Assembly (NCBI GenBank): GCA_040954595.2
Contig: CM082596.2
Coordinates: 11,400,454-11,464,453 of the forward strand
Length of the DNA stretch: 64,000 nucleotides
Direction: 5' to 3'
Source of the DNA: Balanoglossus misakiensis
Taxonomy: Eukaryota > Animalia > Hemichordata
Position numbers and translations under genes: made by a program. The notes beneath the pieces were generated by a model. It saw nothing but the letters and a program-made list of their open reading frames with translations, made no database searches and was not told where the DNA came from. Every line of letters begins with the position of its first letter. Positions within the stretch are counted from its first letter, which is position 1. Shown here in pieces: positions 51,201 through 63,098 of this stretch.

Positions 51201-51889
51201 ATCGATGAGTATCCCTGTACGAATCTACGGTAATACCCCGTAAATCCTAAGAATGTCCTCAGCTCTTTCACGTTGGTGGGTACTGGCCATGTCCTCAATG
51301 CCTCCGTCTTGTCGGGGTCGGTCTCAACTCCATTTGACGACACTACATGTCCCAAGTACTTTATCTTTTCGCGAAAAAGCTGACACTTGGTATGTTTTAT
51401 CTTCAAATCACATTCTCGTAGTCGCTTGAGAACCTTGTCAACTCGGTCCACATGTTCCTCGAATGTTTCAGAAAAGATAATCACATCATCCATGTAGACC
51501 ATGCAAATCCTCATGTTGTAATCTCCTATACATTGTTCCACGACGCGTTGACATGTAGCTCCGGCGTTCATGAGTCCGAAGGGCATTACAACAAATTCGT
51601 AGAAACCGAATGGGGTGGCAAACGCTGTCTTTGGGATGTCCTTCTCCGACATAGCTATTTGCCAAAATCCATTTTTTAAGTCGATCGATGTAAACCATTT
51701 CGCGCCACTCAAAACATCCAGTCCCTCCTCAATACGAGGTAGAGCATACGCGTCAGGAGTCGTCTGCGCATTCAGACGTCTATAATCTACACATATACGA
51801 GTGGTTCCGTCTTTCTTTGCCACAAGGACGAGAGGAGAAGACCAAGGACTTTTTGATGGTCGTATCACCCCATTGTCCAACATTCCTCC
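48281..51889 (-). CDS. pol: Gypsy Pol, 3' part: reverse transcriptase, RNase H, integrase
   Basis: SPWSSPLVLV, VDYRRLN, MPFGL, YMDD; LHTDAS and YASRSL; H-H-C-C zinc finger; MDF, SDRG, TERFNRTL. Confidence 0.96.
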   Translation of the reverse strand, partial: GGMLDNGVIRPSKSPWSSPLVLVAKKDGTTRICVDYRRLNAQTTPDAYALPRIEEGLDVLSGAKWFTSIDLKNGFWQIAMSEKDIPKTAFATPFGFYEFVVMPFGLMNAGATCQRVVEQCIGDYNMRICMVYMDDVIIFSETFEEHVDRVDKVLKRLRECDLKIKHTKCQLFREKIKYLGHVVSSNGVETDPDKTEALRTWPVPTNVKELRTFLGFTGYYRRFVQGYSSIARPLHALTVGYPTKRKNGGERKRPPPYEWTDACQEAFELIIDKLTSAPVLAYADYTRPFELHTDASLTGLGAALYQSIEEADGRERLRPVAYASRSLTASEKNYPAHKLEFLALKWSVTEKFRDYCFGNDVTVLTDNNPLTYVASTAKLDATGQRWWNALSQYKLKIHYRPGLRNGDADGLSRRPDGRAQGFDESERRFQETVAMTPDEVQAVGEPCLSDGDEDTPWIEALAASARAIPKDMDEPPGMPGEATLPTIAMDQWAKLQDRDVTVRRIRALVHAKTGGKGKLTRTQRAHEPREVRMALRDWSKFCFRDDVLYGARTSSSGEVYYQLVLPHEFRQEAMKGVHDDCGHLGQDRAIDLLRARFYWPLMSADMKKYIRTCRRCTRRKDEAGLKTRAPMVSIETSQPLELLCMDFLSLEESKGGTKDLLVITDHFSKFAVAIPTPNQTAKTTAKNLWEHFMLPYGCPERILSDRGRNFESRVIQELCQLLDIKKSRTTPYHPQGNAQTERFNRTLLNMLGTLENEQKARWKDYVKPLVHAYNCTVHDMTGFTPYHLLFGRHAKIALDVRFGTSPESRDPTTPTKYIADLRSRMDKVFQIAKRAAEKSAQASKERYDQKVREVVLKEGDRVLRRNVSIRGQHKIADRWEESPYVVVRRLSPDLPVYVIRSTKTSKTQTVHRNLLKPCCDRPLLSYTEDEMSERSQDRAIPESTESERSSSSQSERGYVLNPESRPFRPGRVRPVRLEGTTEVTLNSMDRSDNDACVSVEQDSPEPSMMDMSDSSGQVQSPDDPVTGLRADSMDVSSAGKSDGIADRAEVTHQNIPLSDVGVNITDASISSGNVGTRKETMGKEQPSIVGSDLADTHHGDCSDADEESSIAEEGGSVVRPMRRSTRTRRPPKYYGWCSRLVKRDKGGRSTLRNSSVGKRPSFDLPRIDHEDEVSHGRLTSSNSRNHDITMKILEMMASGIYM

Positions 51890-51891
51890 TA

Positions 51892-54711
51892 CAGTCCCAA
51901 CACCGTACAACAACTAAACTGTACGGGAAAGTTCCCGCACTAGTTGTAGCAGTGTTGTAGCAGAGATGTTACGGCAACACCTCTTTTGTTGGTTAATTGA
52001 TGTTTTTTGTCTTAGTTTACGGCAACTACAAAGGTTCCCGTAGTTTGAAACAAAAGAATGTGTGCTCCATTACGGCAATTTGGGGCAGGTGTTACGGCAA
52101 GAAGGGCTAATGGGGAGGTGATTATCACCCTGATGTGAACAATAGTTGTAGCAATGTCTATGTGTGATAATGAGCTCCACCCACGTGGATTTTGCTTGGT
52201 TGGGGGCAATTAATGTCCCGGCCTCACTAAGCAAATAAATTCCTTCTAAATCTCGATAGCGAGCAAGTCAGTTGTCAACCTTACTAATATTTCCCCTGTC
52301 TCAGTAGCTTTACATACGCTATGCAGGGCTAGCTGACGGGCTTCAAAGTTTTGTGTTGTGACCTATGCAGAACGCAAGCGGTTCTAAAAATAAACTTCCA
52401 TAACAACATGTACACTTGGCGTAAGTTGGCAGGGTATTGACTAATATGTTGCAATTGTTTGTATCAATGTACATTTTGAGACAACTAGGGCAAGGCCAAC
52501 AACCTGATCAGGATATTCAAATTAGGTAAAGACGCACTCAAAACAGCAATTATAATTACAGGACGTGTGCCATGCTGGTGACCAAATAGACGCAGACGGA
52601 CCTCCCTGGCATTAGTGATACCCTGAGTAATAAAACACCTGTTGTTTTGATTACCTTGTCAATGTGTGTAAATTTGGCAACAATGTGTTGCAAACCTGAC
52701 ACTATCAAGCAGAGACATGGCCCAGTGAAAGTCCAAATAATTCAGAGTGAACCATGGTGCGATGTGTATTTTGAGTTTGTCTGTTTTTTGCACTAGAATT
52801 CTGCAGATTTGTGAATAAAGTTGCAGTTCCATTTTGTGCGCATGTGTTGAGTTTGGCAGGGGGCCGTAATTGAAATGACTGTCTTCTAAGTTTTGGTGTG
52901 GGAAACACCTCTGACACCACTATGCATATCAGAGTGCCTGAAACTTTTGGACCCATGTGCTTTTTATTTACATGATGAAATCGGCCACATGTTGACCTCG
53001 TAATTTATTCAAATTATTATTCACGTCAAAAGCCGTTAGACACGGCAGCAGGACGTCTAGCCGCTCATCTTTTTACCAGGTCGATCGATCGATACTACCG
53101 GCACTACCACACATGTTGACCTCGTAATTTATGCAAAGTATTATTCACATCAAAAGCCGTTTGACACAGGTGGAGGACGTCTAGGCCCGGTCTTGCCGGC
53201 CACTCATCTTTTACCACCATGATTTGACCATTTGGCAAGTGCTCTGAAATAATAGGACTAGTTTCACGTTGTGAATGTACGTTCGCAGTAATAAGTTTCT
53301 CATGAATATTCACGCACCCGAGAGCTTGACAAAGACGCATTTGGACTAAACCACTATACCAGTGTATTTTGTTGAAAGTTCAGCTATCAATATTGTCATG
53401 CATGCCCGCTCGTAGTAATCACTTTGTTGTCAACTTTTTTATTTCAGGAATGTTGATTAAACAATACATTGAACTGGCTGGATTTGAACAGAAAATGTTA
53501 AAATTTTACATGTGAATTTGAAACTTACCATCAATTCATTCACTGCGGCCACCCCCTCTCTGTCTGGATATAAAGGTCGCTCATTGAATGTATTTTATCA
53601 GGCGCGGACTTTGGGGGCAAGAGGTAGCCAGACAATGATTGACAGGCAAATTGTATCCAAATTCTGCCAAGTGCAGGGGCTTGCTTAGACTAAACAAATT
53701 GCGTGAATATATAATGAGTAAACATGTAGGTCATTCATCCCAAACCGGCCAACTAATTGCTGCCAGTCACTTCCCATCATGTTCAAGCACTGCCCGTCGG
53801 AAAATGTGTGTATATCCATTGCCGTAATAATAGAATATTGAAATAATACAGACCATTACTACTTATGAAACCCTTCAAATTTATAGTCAAGACTTTCAAA
53901 ACTTGTCTGTTCTAAAGATCAAACTGCAGCGGATCGTGGTACTGCAGGCCAACATTATTTTGTAAACAAGCCTACTATTTATTATCAGGGTCTTCATGTA
54001 AGGGGGGGGGGCAGCAGGTGAAAAAAAAATGAAAGCCAATGTCTTTTAAGCTAAACCCAATTGTGAAATGCGTCATTGTGTTTGATTTTCCATTGGTCAT
54101 GCTGTATCTCTCAAATATTAATTGGTCCAGCTCCTTGAAAGAAAAGAAACCCCAGCAAAACATGTGCATTCTACAACACTGGGGTAGGGATGTGTTGACC
54201 TCTGTTCATGTCTACAGACTGTTCTGTTACCAAGAGAGTTCAGACTTTGTCGATGAACATAACATCATTCCAAAACTGACTTCATTGGTATTTGATGTCA
54301 GCCCTTTGCCATTTTATTTTTAGACAGAGCTTCTTTTGTAAACTTTGTGATACAATGTTGCAGTGACCTGTTGCAAAAATGTTGCACTCTAGTTCTAGAC
54401 CTGTCAATCACTCTAGTTGTAGCAAAATAATCAACACCTTGAACAAAAGGCATCACTCTGTGGGGGCTAATTGACAGGTGTTGCAGCAGTATTTACCGGT
54501 AGAGGTGTTAAGCTTCCCTTGTTAATGGCTTGCCGTAAAGGAGTTGCCGTAGTTTTTACGGAAATGTAACAAAAGGAAATGGGCCTTAGACAATTGTTGC
54601 AGCAAACTCTGCTACAACTAACAATAGTTCCCGTAGGGGTTCCCGTAGGGTTGACGTACTACTTGCCGTATTCAGAAATGTACAAATAGTTGTTCTGTTC
54701 TGTTGGGACTG
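51892..54711. mobile_element. 2,820-bp non-autonomous TIR element with TA TSD, inserted in gag-pol
   Basis: TA|CAGTCCCAACA...TGTTGGGACTG|TA. Subterminal TACGGCAA motifs on the left are inverted (TTGCCGTA) on the right. Removing it restores the pol frame. Confidence 0.92.
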
Positions 54712-57408
54712 TATCTGCACTCGGATCTCGTCATATAAAGCTGGAGGAATCCGACGATACGGTTGTTTGACTGGACGTTCATCTTTCAAGTTGATCTCAT
54801 GTTTGTGGATCGTACATCTTCCTAGGTCGCCGTCACTGGTCGAAAATGATCCAATGTTACGTTCCAGAACATCCTGTATCTTTATCATCTGATCCTGGTC
54901 AACCGGTGAACCGGTCACATCAAAGGACAATCCTCCAACCGTCACCTCTCTCGCTTCCAAAGGTTCGTCGTAAATTCCATTATCCTTGGTGTCCCTTCGC
55001 GGCTGCACTTCTATTCCTCGTACCGCCTTCACTGTAGCAACAACCTGTCTCGGCTTGATGACGATGGGTTTGTCAGTTTCATTTTTTATTACCACAGGCA
55101 CGGCTGACGAGCGTTTCCCACACTCAGCGATCGTCACCATAGGGTTCAGAGTCCATCCTTTGTGTTCATTCCAGTCACAGTCATCACCTAACAGCACTTC
55201 ATGTTTCTCTCCTTTGGGACCAGCCTTCATGCTCCCTCGAATGGTATGTGCAGTACGTGGCTCCAGTGTCACCCGTTCGCTTACTGCCGCTCGCACTACT
55301 CCCATGTTTCCGTATGGTCCATAGAACTGTTCACGAGCGCGTAGGGTTGCAATAGCCCTTCTCGCTACTGGCTTCATCCTGCTCATTGTCCTACCACCAT
55401 CGTTCAACATCTCCATCGTCATGTAACGATTCAACCAGTTGGTTCCCGCCAACACCGGCACTCGATCATTGTACTCAGTTCCTTTCACTACCAGTGCCAA
55501 TAGACTGAAAGTGGTATCATCATTGAAGACGTGACTAGGGAAGCTAACCTCAACCTCTATCACACCAACGTACTGTACAACATCATCAGTCACACCTGCG
55601 ATCTCGAGAACTTCATCCAACGGAGTGAATGGCACATCGGACAAGTATCGACGATAGTAGTCTTCACTGATCATGGTAACTTGTGATCCTGTGTCCACTT
55701 GAGCCAAACATTTCCTTCCATTCACAAAGGCGTACTGCTCATTCAATGGACCAACAATCCGTCCATCAATGGATCTTGGCTTACCTTTTCTCTTTGGGTT
55801 CTTTTCACATCGTCGTCTTCCCGTCATGCTCTTGGCTTTCACAGATGCGCGTTTTCTTTTTGGGCAACTTGCAGAGGTGTGTCCTTCTTCTTTACATCTA
55901 CCACATGGCTGCTTGCACTCACGTGACATGTGACCTTCCCCATTGCAGTTGTAGCAAGTGAACGGCTTTTCTCCACTCTTGTTTCCACTTCGTTCGTCAC
56001 TTTGATTTGGGGTTCCTCGTCTTGAGTCTGGTTCCTGTGAAATCCGTGCGGCAACATCACGTGGTCGAGACACGCCGTTTGATGAGACCATCATTGTTGC
56101 ACGAGCATTCCGGATCTCTTCCATTCCAGCGGCATGTTCCTTTCGTTGCTGTTCCATAGCCAACTTCACCTGTTCCTGTTGTAATTGCATCGCTTTCAAC
56201 ATCGCAGTCATTTTAACATACATTTCATCACTTTCGTGGTCACGTGGTTTCTTTTTGTTTGAACACTCTTCATTGTCGGAATCCGACTCAGACACTTCCT
56301 GCTGTTGCTTCACCGCTCTATGTCCTCTTGTCTTCTTTCGCCTATCTTCCAACTTCTCTCCAGTTTTCCGTCCATGCGCTCCCTGTACTTCTTGTTCAGC
56401 AACACGAATGATCCGTAGCAACTCATCAAAATTCTTGGCATTTTCATACCGATGCCTGGCGATGTCCTTCACTCGCAGGTCTGTCAGTCCTTCCCACAGG
56501 GTAGTACGCAGAATCAAATCCATTTCGCTCTCGCGGACACCTCCGCGATCATATATACGTCTCAGGTTTATCTCGACGCGACATGCAAATGACGCTGCTG
56601 ACTCACCTTCCTTCTGAAAATCATTGTACAACTGCCGCTTCAATGTAGCCGTAGACACAACTACACCATACACAGTTTCTAGTTTATTCAACATCTTTTC
56701 AATGGACGGGTCGATTCCCAAACCTAGTATGATCTCACTCGCTTCACCACGTATGGATTTCCGAACGGCCTGTCGCAGTACGCGATCGCTATGAACGCCA
56801 CTCTGTCTCATACTCTGTACCTCCCTCAACCAGGACTCATATGACATACTATCCTTGCCTTTATGGTCGCCGGTAAAGTTCGGTACCCGTGGTGCTGTAT
56901 AATTCACTTCGGCAAATGTTCGATGTGTCGGCTCGTACTCATGACGTTCCTCGGTTTTGTTACTACTATGCTGTGGTGAAACCTCGGATTCGATTTCTCT
57001 ATTGCGTCTGTGCTCACGCTCAAGAAGAGATTTTAGCTCGCTTTCCAATTCGACTAACCGTTCGCGCTCATCATCGAATTGTGCCGCGCTTTCTGTCAAA
57101 CTATAATCTTTCAAAGATTGCGGGTGCACACCTGCCAGTTTCCTCAATCGGCCCCTAAGTGGAGAATATACGCCTCGGCCACCTCCCCGTTTAGGTATTG
57201 TCCCCTGGGATAATTTAGAAACGCTGCCTCCCCCAGTGGGTGTCATTGTCATTGATCCATGTTCAACAGACTTATCCCCTTTAATATCATCAGTAGTGTC
57301 ATTTTCTTTATCCCTTGGGTCAGATTCAGGGCCCCCCTTCGCTGCCATACTCACCTCGCCATCTTCCTCTTTCTTCACCCTAACAACAGTTTCTTGTGCG
57401 TCCTCCAT
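54712..57408 (-). CDS. gag: Gypsy Gag-protease, 5' part of a single gag-pol ORF
   Basis: PNMA-like capsid region (SYESWLREV...AVRKSIRGEA), two CCHC knuckles (CYNCNGEGHMSREC, CGRCKEEGHTSASC), protease VDTGSQV, RT start PVKQPYRRIPP. Confidence 0.94.
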
Positions 57409-57701
57409 GTTTCAAATTCGAGAGCAATCTGTCGATAACTCGAGTCTACAATAACACTCACAAAAATTGAAAGCGTTTGGAAACTATGAATGGTCGGTGT
57501 TCCATAAATCAAAGGCAATGGCACATGTACTTAATTTCCTGCTCGATCAATAAGTGTATCACTCGTCCAACCCTGCTCGTCCTGTGTTTTCGACCGCAAA
57601 ACCAAACCTCAATGGGCTGAATCAAAATGTCGTCCTTCCCTGTTGTCAATTTGTAAGAAACAGTAAAATGACAAAACTCTACTGGGAAAACTTTCCAATC
57701 C

Positions 57702-57715
57702 AGCCCCACGTTGGG
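57702..57715 (-). promoter_or_regulatory. Partial tRNA-Lys(CUU) primer-binding site
   Basis: Minus strand reads CCCAACGTGGGGCT, which is the canonical TGGCGCCCAACGTGGGGCT without its first 5 nt. Confidence 0.8.
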
Positions 57716-58995
57716 TCGTAGGATTCGTGGTGATTGCGGTAGCTTTGGGAACACAGGCCGAGTGAAGGGTGTGTGGACAAAATGACACAAAGACACTTTA
57801 AATTCAACGAAAGAAATATAATTAATAGTAAATCTATCAACATCCGAAATGTAAAAGGAGCTCTATCAAAACCTGTTTCCTTAACAACTAACACCTTCCT
57901 GAAGAAAACTGGCGTGGCACAACCTGCCGCGAGTCCGGTCAAAGTTCAACAGTTATTAAACGAACGTGACGCACAATCGAGTTCTGGCGATGAGGGCGCT
58001 GTCCCGCACTCAACAGTCGCGTCGATCCGCTTCCAAAATCCAACGGAGAGAATCCTCTAACAATCAATGCAAATATCTCAAAGTCCGCTCGTCGCAAACG
58101 CTCCAAGTGTATCCAGGCGTAAAGCGGAGCTTGATGACGAAGCGCTGATCAGTTCCGTGATCGGCAAATCGATCGTAGGGTCGAGTGTTCCTGCTCGTAT
58201 ATGATTCGTTCAAAGTTTGTAGACGTTGGGGGTCAAACAATGCGGCTCATTGCATTCCCCACACGCCGTGGTTCGAAGAACCTAGAAAGGCCGTAACTTT
58301 ATCAAATCCAGTCCGATTTTACACGATTAGCGTTGATGGGGTCGTACTTACATCAGCTTTCGGTTCGTGAAGCATCGACGTTGAGAAACCTGCGCGAGTA
58401 CCCGTAATCGTTGGATCTCGGCGATCGGTGTCTCAGTAATCAGCGTGACAATAACAATGGTTCGTTCAGGTACAGCAGACCTGTCGTTCGAAATAGTCGA
58501 TGAAATGCTTCTTACGTAGGGATCTCACGAAGACTAGCTCAAATAATGTTAGTTAACATCCGGCTCTCCTCGATTCCCATTCAAGATGCAATTTCGTCGT
58601 ACGATTCTGCCGATGGTTCGGATTTTTGTGGAGATTCCACTCTCGTCAATACAATCGGACAACGGCCATATTAAAAAGTTCCCTTTTTACTCACTAGTTC
58701 ATCGCCGTATTACACCCGCCAAACCTTCGACTGAATACACGCGGTACTGCCTGGACGGAACAAATTCAACTTTCCAGTAGCAAATATTCGATCAATAACA
58801 ATAAAAGAGCTTTCATACAGAAACATCATAACTCGAAATCGAATACCTAACAAGAAATACAGTCAACACCTGCAGACTACTTCAATTGCGTAATCACAAT
58901 AAACAGGTAAAGTCAGTAATCAAAAATGTATCAAATATACGATATATGCGGGGTCATTCCACTATGCTCTGAGGGGTGCAAATTCAATGGTATCA
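57710..58995 (-). repeat. 5' LTR, missing 90 bp at its inner (U5) end
   Basis: Identity with the 3' LTR stops at 57710; no counterpart of 46412-46501. Confidence 0.93.
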
Positions 58996-59468
58996 CATAG
59001 TTACTCTTCAATAGATATTTAGTGACTCGCTAACTGTTGCGATTCGTGTGTGTGTAATTTACGTACTTCAAGTTAAATATCGCAACTAGCCGTAATGTTT
59101 GACTAGGGGGAGCACCTATACTAATGCGAGAACCAGGGATTGAAAGTTGCACCTGTATTTTGATCCCTTAGTTACCCTTATAAGTACATTTGTAGTCTAA
59201 TAACCATAGCTCTATTGCAAACCATTCTTTCCGTAGTTTCTTGTTTCAAATATTGTAATCTGAATTTATTTTGATGTTTAACAGGTGTGATTATCTGTAT
59301 TTGCGACCATTTTGAAAAAAATTGGTTGCCATGGAAACTCTTCAACAGATATTTAGTGACCGGACGCGCAGTGTTTCCGGTTTATGTTCTGCACGTACAT
59401 CCTTGATGAAGTTTGCTGGCTAGAGGGCTCCTAAACCTCCCTAATATTTGACGTCTTCACTCCTACAG

Positions 59469-62400
59469 GACTGCGCAGCTGGAAGTTAAAGTTCAGCATG
59501 TTCTGAAGCATGCACGCTGTGTCCAGGGGTTTCATGTGTAGAACAGCCAGCCTCTCATCACCAACATAATGCGGACTGGGATATTTTGCCAACAATGGAA
59601 GTATAGACTGTACGCCTTGTCCTGCCCCGGGTATAAGTGCCAATATGATGGTATGTCGGAGCCAGAGGTGTGTGAAGATGGATACTACACTAATATAGAT
59701 GATGAGTCAGCACTTAAAGTTTGGGCATTACTGAGTAATCTTTCACTTAAGGCGGACGATCATCTTATGTGCATGTACGTAATTCTGTGCGTACAAACAT
59801 TACGTCCAGTCCAAATATTCTGCCAATTTTACATCCAATGCATTCAAATAGTGGACTGCTTCGCTTTCATCCAGTTTTCATGTGCATCGTATAAGTAGAC
59901 TATTGTTTTGTCCCGTCTTTTCACCAAATTTGCTCTTTTCCAAATCTCCGACACAGACTATGATCGTCAAGATCTTGTCTGTTGTTAGAACAGCACACTG
60001 CCGTATGGCATTGACTGTATACAGTTTCTGTTACCAATATCTCTGGTTTGGCATTTTCCTGTCCTCGAAATCAATCCAGAGATTTTTGTCTCCCCAACCC
60101 ACGTGAGAATCCCACGTCTTTGAAGGTATGACTGTGACTATAAGATTCTATAAATCTCTGTTTATTTTCAGCACAAATATCATGTGCTGATTGCCCAGCT
60201 GGTAACCAATGTCCAAATGGTAACACTGTGATTTTATGCTCGGCTGGTTATTACAGTTCGGCTTTGGACAAAGGATGTCTCGCTGTACCTCTTGCATAAC
60301 AGGTAAACTTCTACCCACCCACCTTTATTTCCAACATCAAACATTAGGTCAGGTAATTTACTAACTGAAAAATAGGATGGGAACATTTTCTATTTCTGTA
60401 TTTAAAATTTACTGATATAATATATGAATAAAAAAATGACAATTTTTCCAAATTTGAATAGACCTCTATTTATGAAAATAATTAAAATTTGCACCAAATT
60501 TTTACAGTGGTATTCAAAGGTTAACTTGGTGTGTAAATTCTCTGTTTGATTTACAGATCAGCTGGTGCTGAACATTGTACTATTTGTGAGCAAGGGTACG
60601 CCTGCACAGATCAGTGTACATCGCAATTCAAGTGTACCAAGGGTTACGTGTCATTGGCTGGTGCAACAAACTGTACCATATGTACAAATGGTAAGATTGT
60701 GGTACTTGTTCAGTTTGCTGTGTGATGAAACTGAGGGGTATGTGTGTATGCATGTATGTGTTTACAACAGATTTTTAAGTCAGTGCGACTGGGGGTATGT
60801 GTGTGTGTGTGTATGTATGTATGTGTTTACAACAGATTATCAACTCAGTGCGAGATCTTGCGAGACCCGGTTAGCCATGTGAGATCTCGCAGAGTCTTAT
60901 GATATTCAGAAAATGGTTGATTAGAAATGACGTTTAATGTCCTCCAAAGAATTTTCTACATGCCTGTATACTTGTCTCAGAATTATGAAGTGAATCATCT
61001 CAAGTAATTTGTTATTTTAAATGACACTGTATCACAAATACTTCACTTAAAACCTCATTTTCTTTGATCAGATGAAATAAGTGAGGAGCCTGCACGCACA
61101 TCCCATCTTCTGTGCCCTGCTGGACAATCGTGTTCAGATCCAATGTAAGATCCGCTTGACTGTGGCAATGGTGAATATGCTATGGAAGGCGACGGCACAT
61201 GCACGCCTTGTCCAGCAGGATCCAAGTGTCCAACCATGTCACCCGTAGTGGATTGTTCAACAGTTACTGGTAAGTTGGGCTGCAAATCACTCTTGTGACT
61301 TCCCTGTGTTATAGCATGACATACACAGAAAATTAAACTGTTATGCTCATTGGAGTTGATATTGTGATGCACTTTGAAAAACACAATGATTCCACTGAAG
61401 AGGTATTGTACAGTAACACCTGTGATTACGGACATCTCTCTAATAAGGGATCGTTGGACCAAACCAATCGTTCTTTGAATTTTTTCTGTGATAGGTTCAT
61501 ACTCGCTAGGTTCGGCCACGTCCTTCTGGTTATGAATGCACAACTACAAGTGTCACACAGTGCGCTACAGGGCAGTAAAGTGTTGAAGGAGGTAAGTCTT
61601 GAAATCTCTTTTCTTCTGGTCTCGATTTGAACATGGTTCCACAAGTTGTTTACATCACTTGTAGTTTTACATATTTTTTGAGTTCAACAGCTATGCTATA
61701 CATGGTGTCCTGAGAAGTCGACCAGTATGAGAAGTCGGTATCGGCCAGTACGAGAAGTCGGCCTGTGGGAGAGAACCCTGGTACTTTGTGTTATATATAA
61801 CCGTTTCACTACGAAATGTTTCCTTGATGTACAGGAGCTGAGATATTTGTACAAATAGCCGATGAATTTTAAAACTGTCTGTTCACTTTGCATGTACGTC
61901 ACCGGGGTACGTCAACATCAGTCACCTGCACTTCTTGCGCTGCGCCAGTAGTCAGTTCCTCGTCACGTTTGTTTGTTTGGTGTTGTCTCAAAGTATGCAT
62001 ATACACATACATCTTCTATGTATTTTAGTAGGCTTTGAAACAACTCCCTGTAAAGGGACAAAGTCTCTCTCTCGCTGCCCTTTTTCCATTAATAATATTT
62101 GATACAAGACACCATTTATTTATTCTAAATGTGGATATATAGTGAATCAACGTTCAACCACACACACCTTCAATCCAACTTGTAGACACGAGAGTGAAAA
62201 ACTTGCCAAAATGAATAATCGTTGTTTACCATTTATTCATTTTGGCGGGATTTTTACACTCATATCCTACAAACGGGATGGAATTTGTCTGTAGTTGAAT
62301 GTGGATTCTCAATATATCCACATGTAGAATAATGTGAACGGTGTCTTGTATCAAACATAATTAATGGAAAAAGGTTCGCGCGAGAGAGACTTTGTCCCTT

Positions 62401-63098
62401 TAATCAGAAATGTCACAGGAATTTGGCGAACAACCTAAGCTCCTTACGCGGATACGGGGCTGGGGAACCGGTACGGATGCCAGACGCCATTATTTGAAAT
62501 GACGCCATTGTGTTGTCAAGAATTTGGGAAATCCGTCCAAATGAAAATATTTAGTGCAATTATATTTTATTAAGTGTTGTTATAAGTAATCTGGGTCATC
62601 ACTGCACTATTCGGGTTCAACAACTGGCCGACTTCTCGTACTGGCCGACTTCTCATACGCGCGTACTGGCCGACTTCTAATCTGGCTGACTTCTCATGTA
62701 TTCCTATACATTAGTGAAAATTGGGGAAACTGGTGTTTTTCAGACAACTTATGAAGTCCCTTTCGCAGTATTAACTCTAAAACAGCGGGTGATATTCCTT
62801 TTAAAATTTAACCAAATAAGCATACTTGAACTCTGTCATATCGGCAAAACACTCACTACACAAGCTGCTGTTATTCTACAGACATGACATGTGCTGATTG
62901 CGGCGTAGGTAACTACTGTCCAGATGGGTCAGACAGCCCCATTCCTTGTCCATCAAGTTATTATGCTGACACAGCCACAGATGTATCCTGTACCCCTTGC
63001 GATCCAGGCTGTCAGTGTGCAGCAACATCACCCACTTGCCTGCACATCAAGAACCTACTCTCTGGGACCATCAACAACATGTACTCCCCTTCTACCAG
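59469..63098 (+). pseudogene. Cys-rich CPAG/GxY repeat exons, next copy
   Basis: Same exons and lesions as 17814-21449. Confidence 0.8.

Larger units (their letters stand above)
46412..58995 (-). mobile_element. Ty3/Gypsy LTR retrotransposon, recent insertion
   Basis: 4-bp TSD CATA at 46408-46411 and 58996-58999 (empty site 17341-17344). Termini TGTTACC...GGTATCA. gag-PR-RT-RH-IN order. Confidence 0.97.
19556..61210. repeat. Tandem unit, copy 2, expanded to 41,655 bp
   Basis: Collinear with copy 1. The +22,100 bp is accounted for by the MITE (+799), two extra 1505-bp copies (+3010), the hAT (+6576), the Gypsy (+12588), two fewer 393-bp repeats (-786), a 93-bp deletion and small indels. Confidence 0.97.

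Noticed and set aside
54586-54711. C-terminal tail of the 940-aa ORF (and the N-terminus of the 1210-aa ORF)
   Set aside because: Read-through into the nested TIR element, not Gypsy sequence.
58996-58997. LTR ending at TCACA (58997) with a 2-bp TSD
   Set aside because: Ending at 58995 gives matching TGTTACC/GGTATCA termini and a 4-bp CATA TSD consistent with the empty site.
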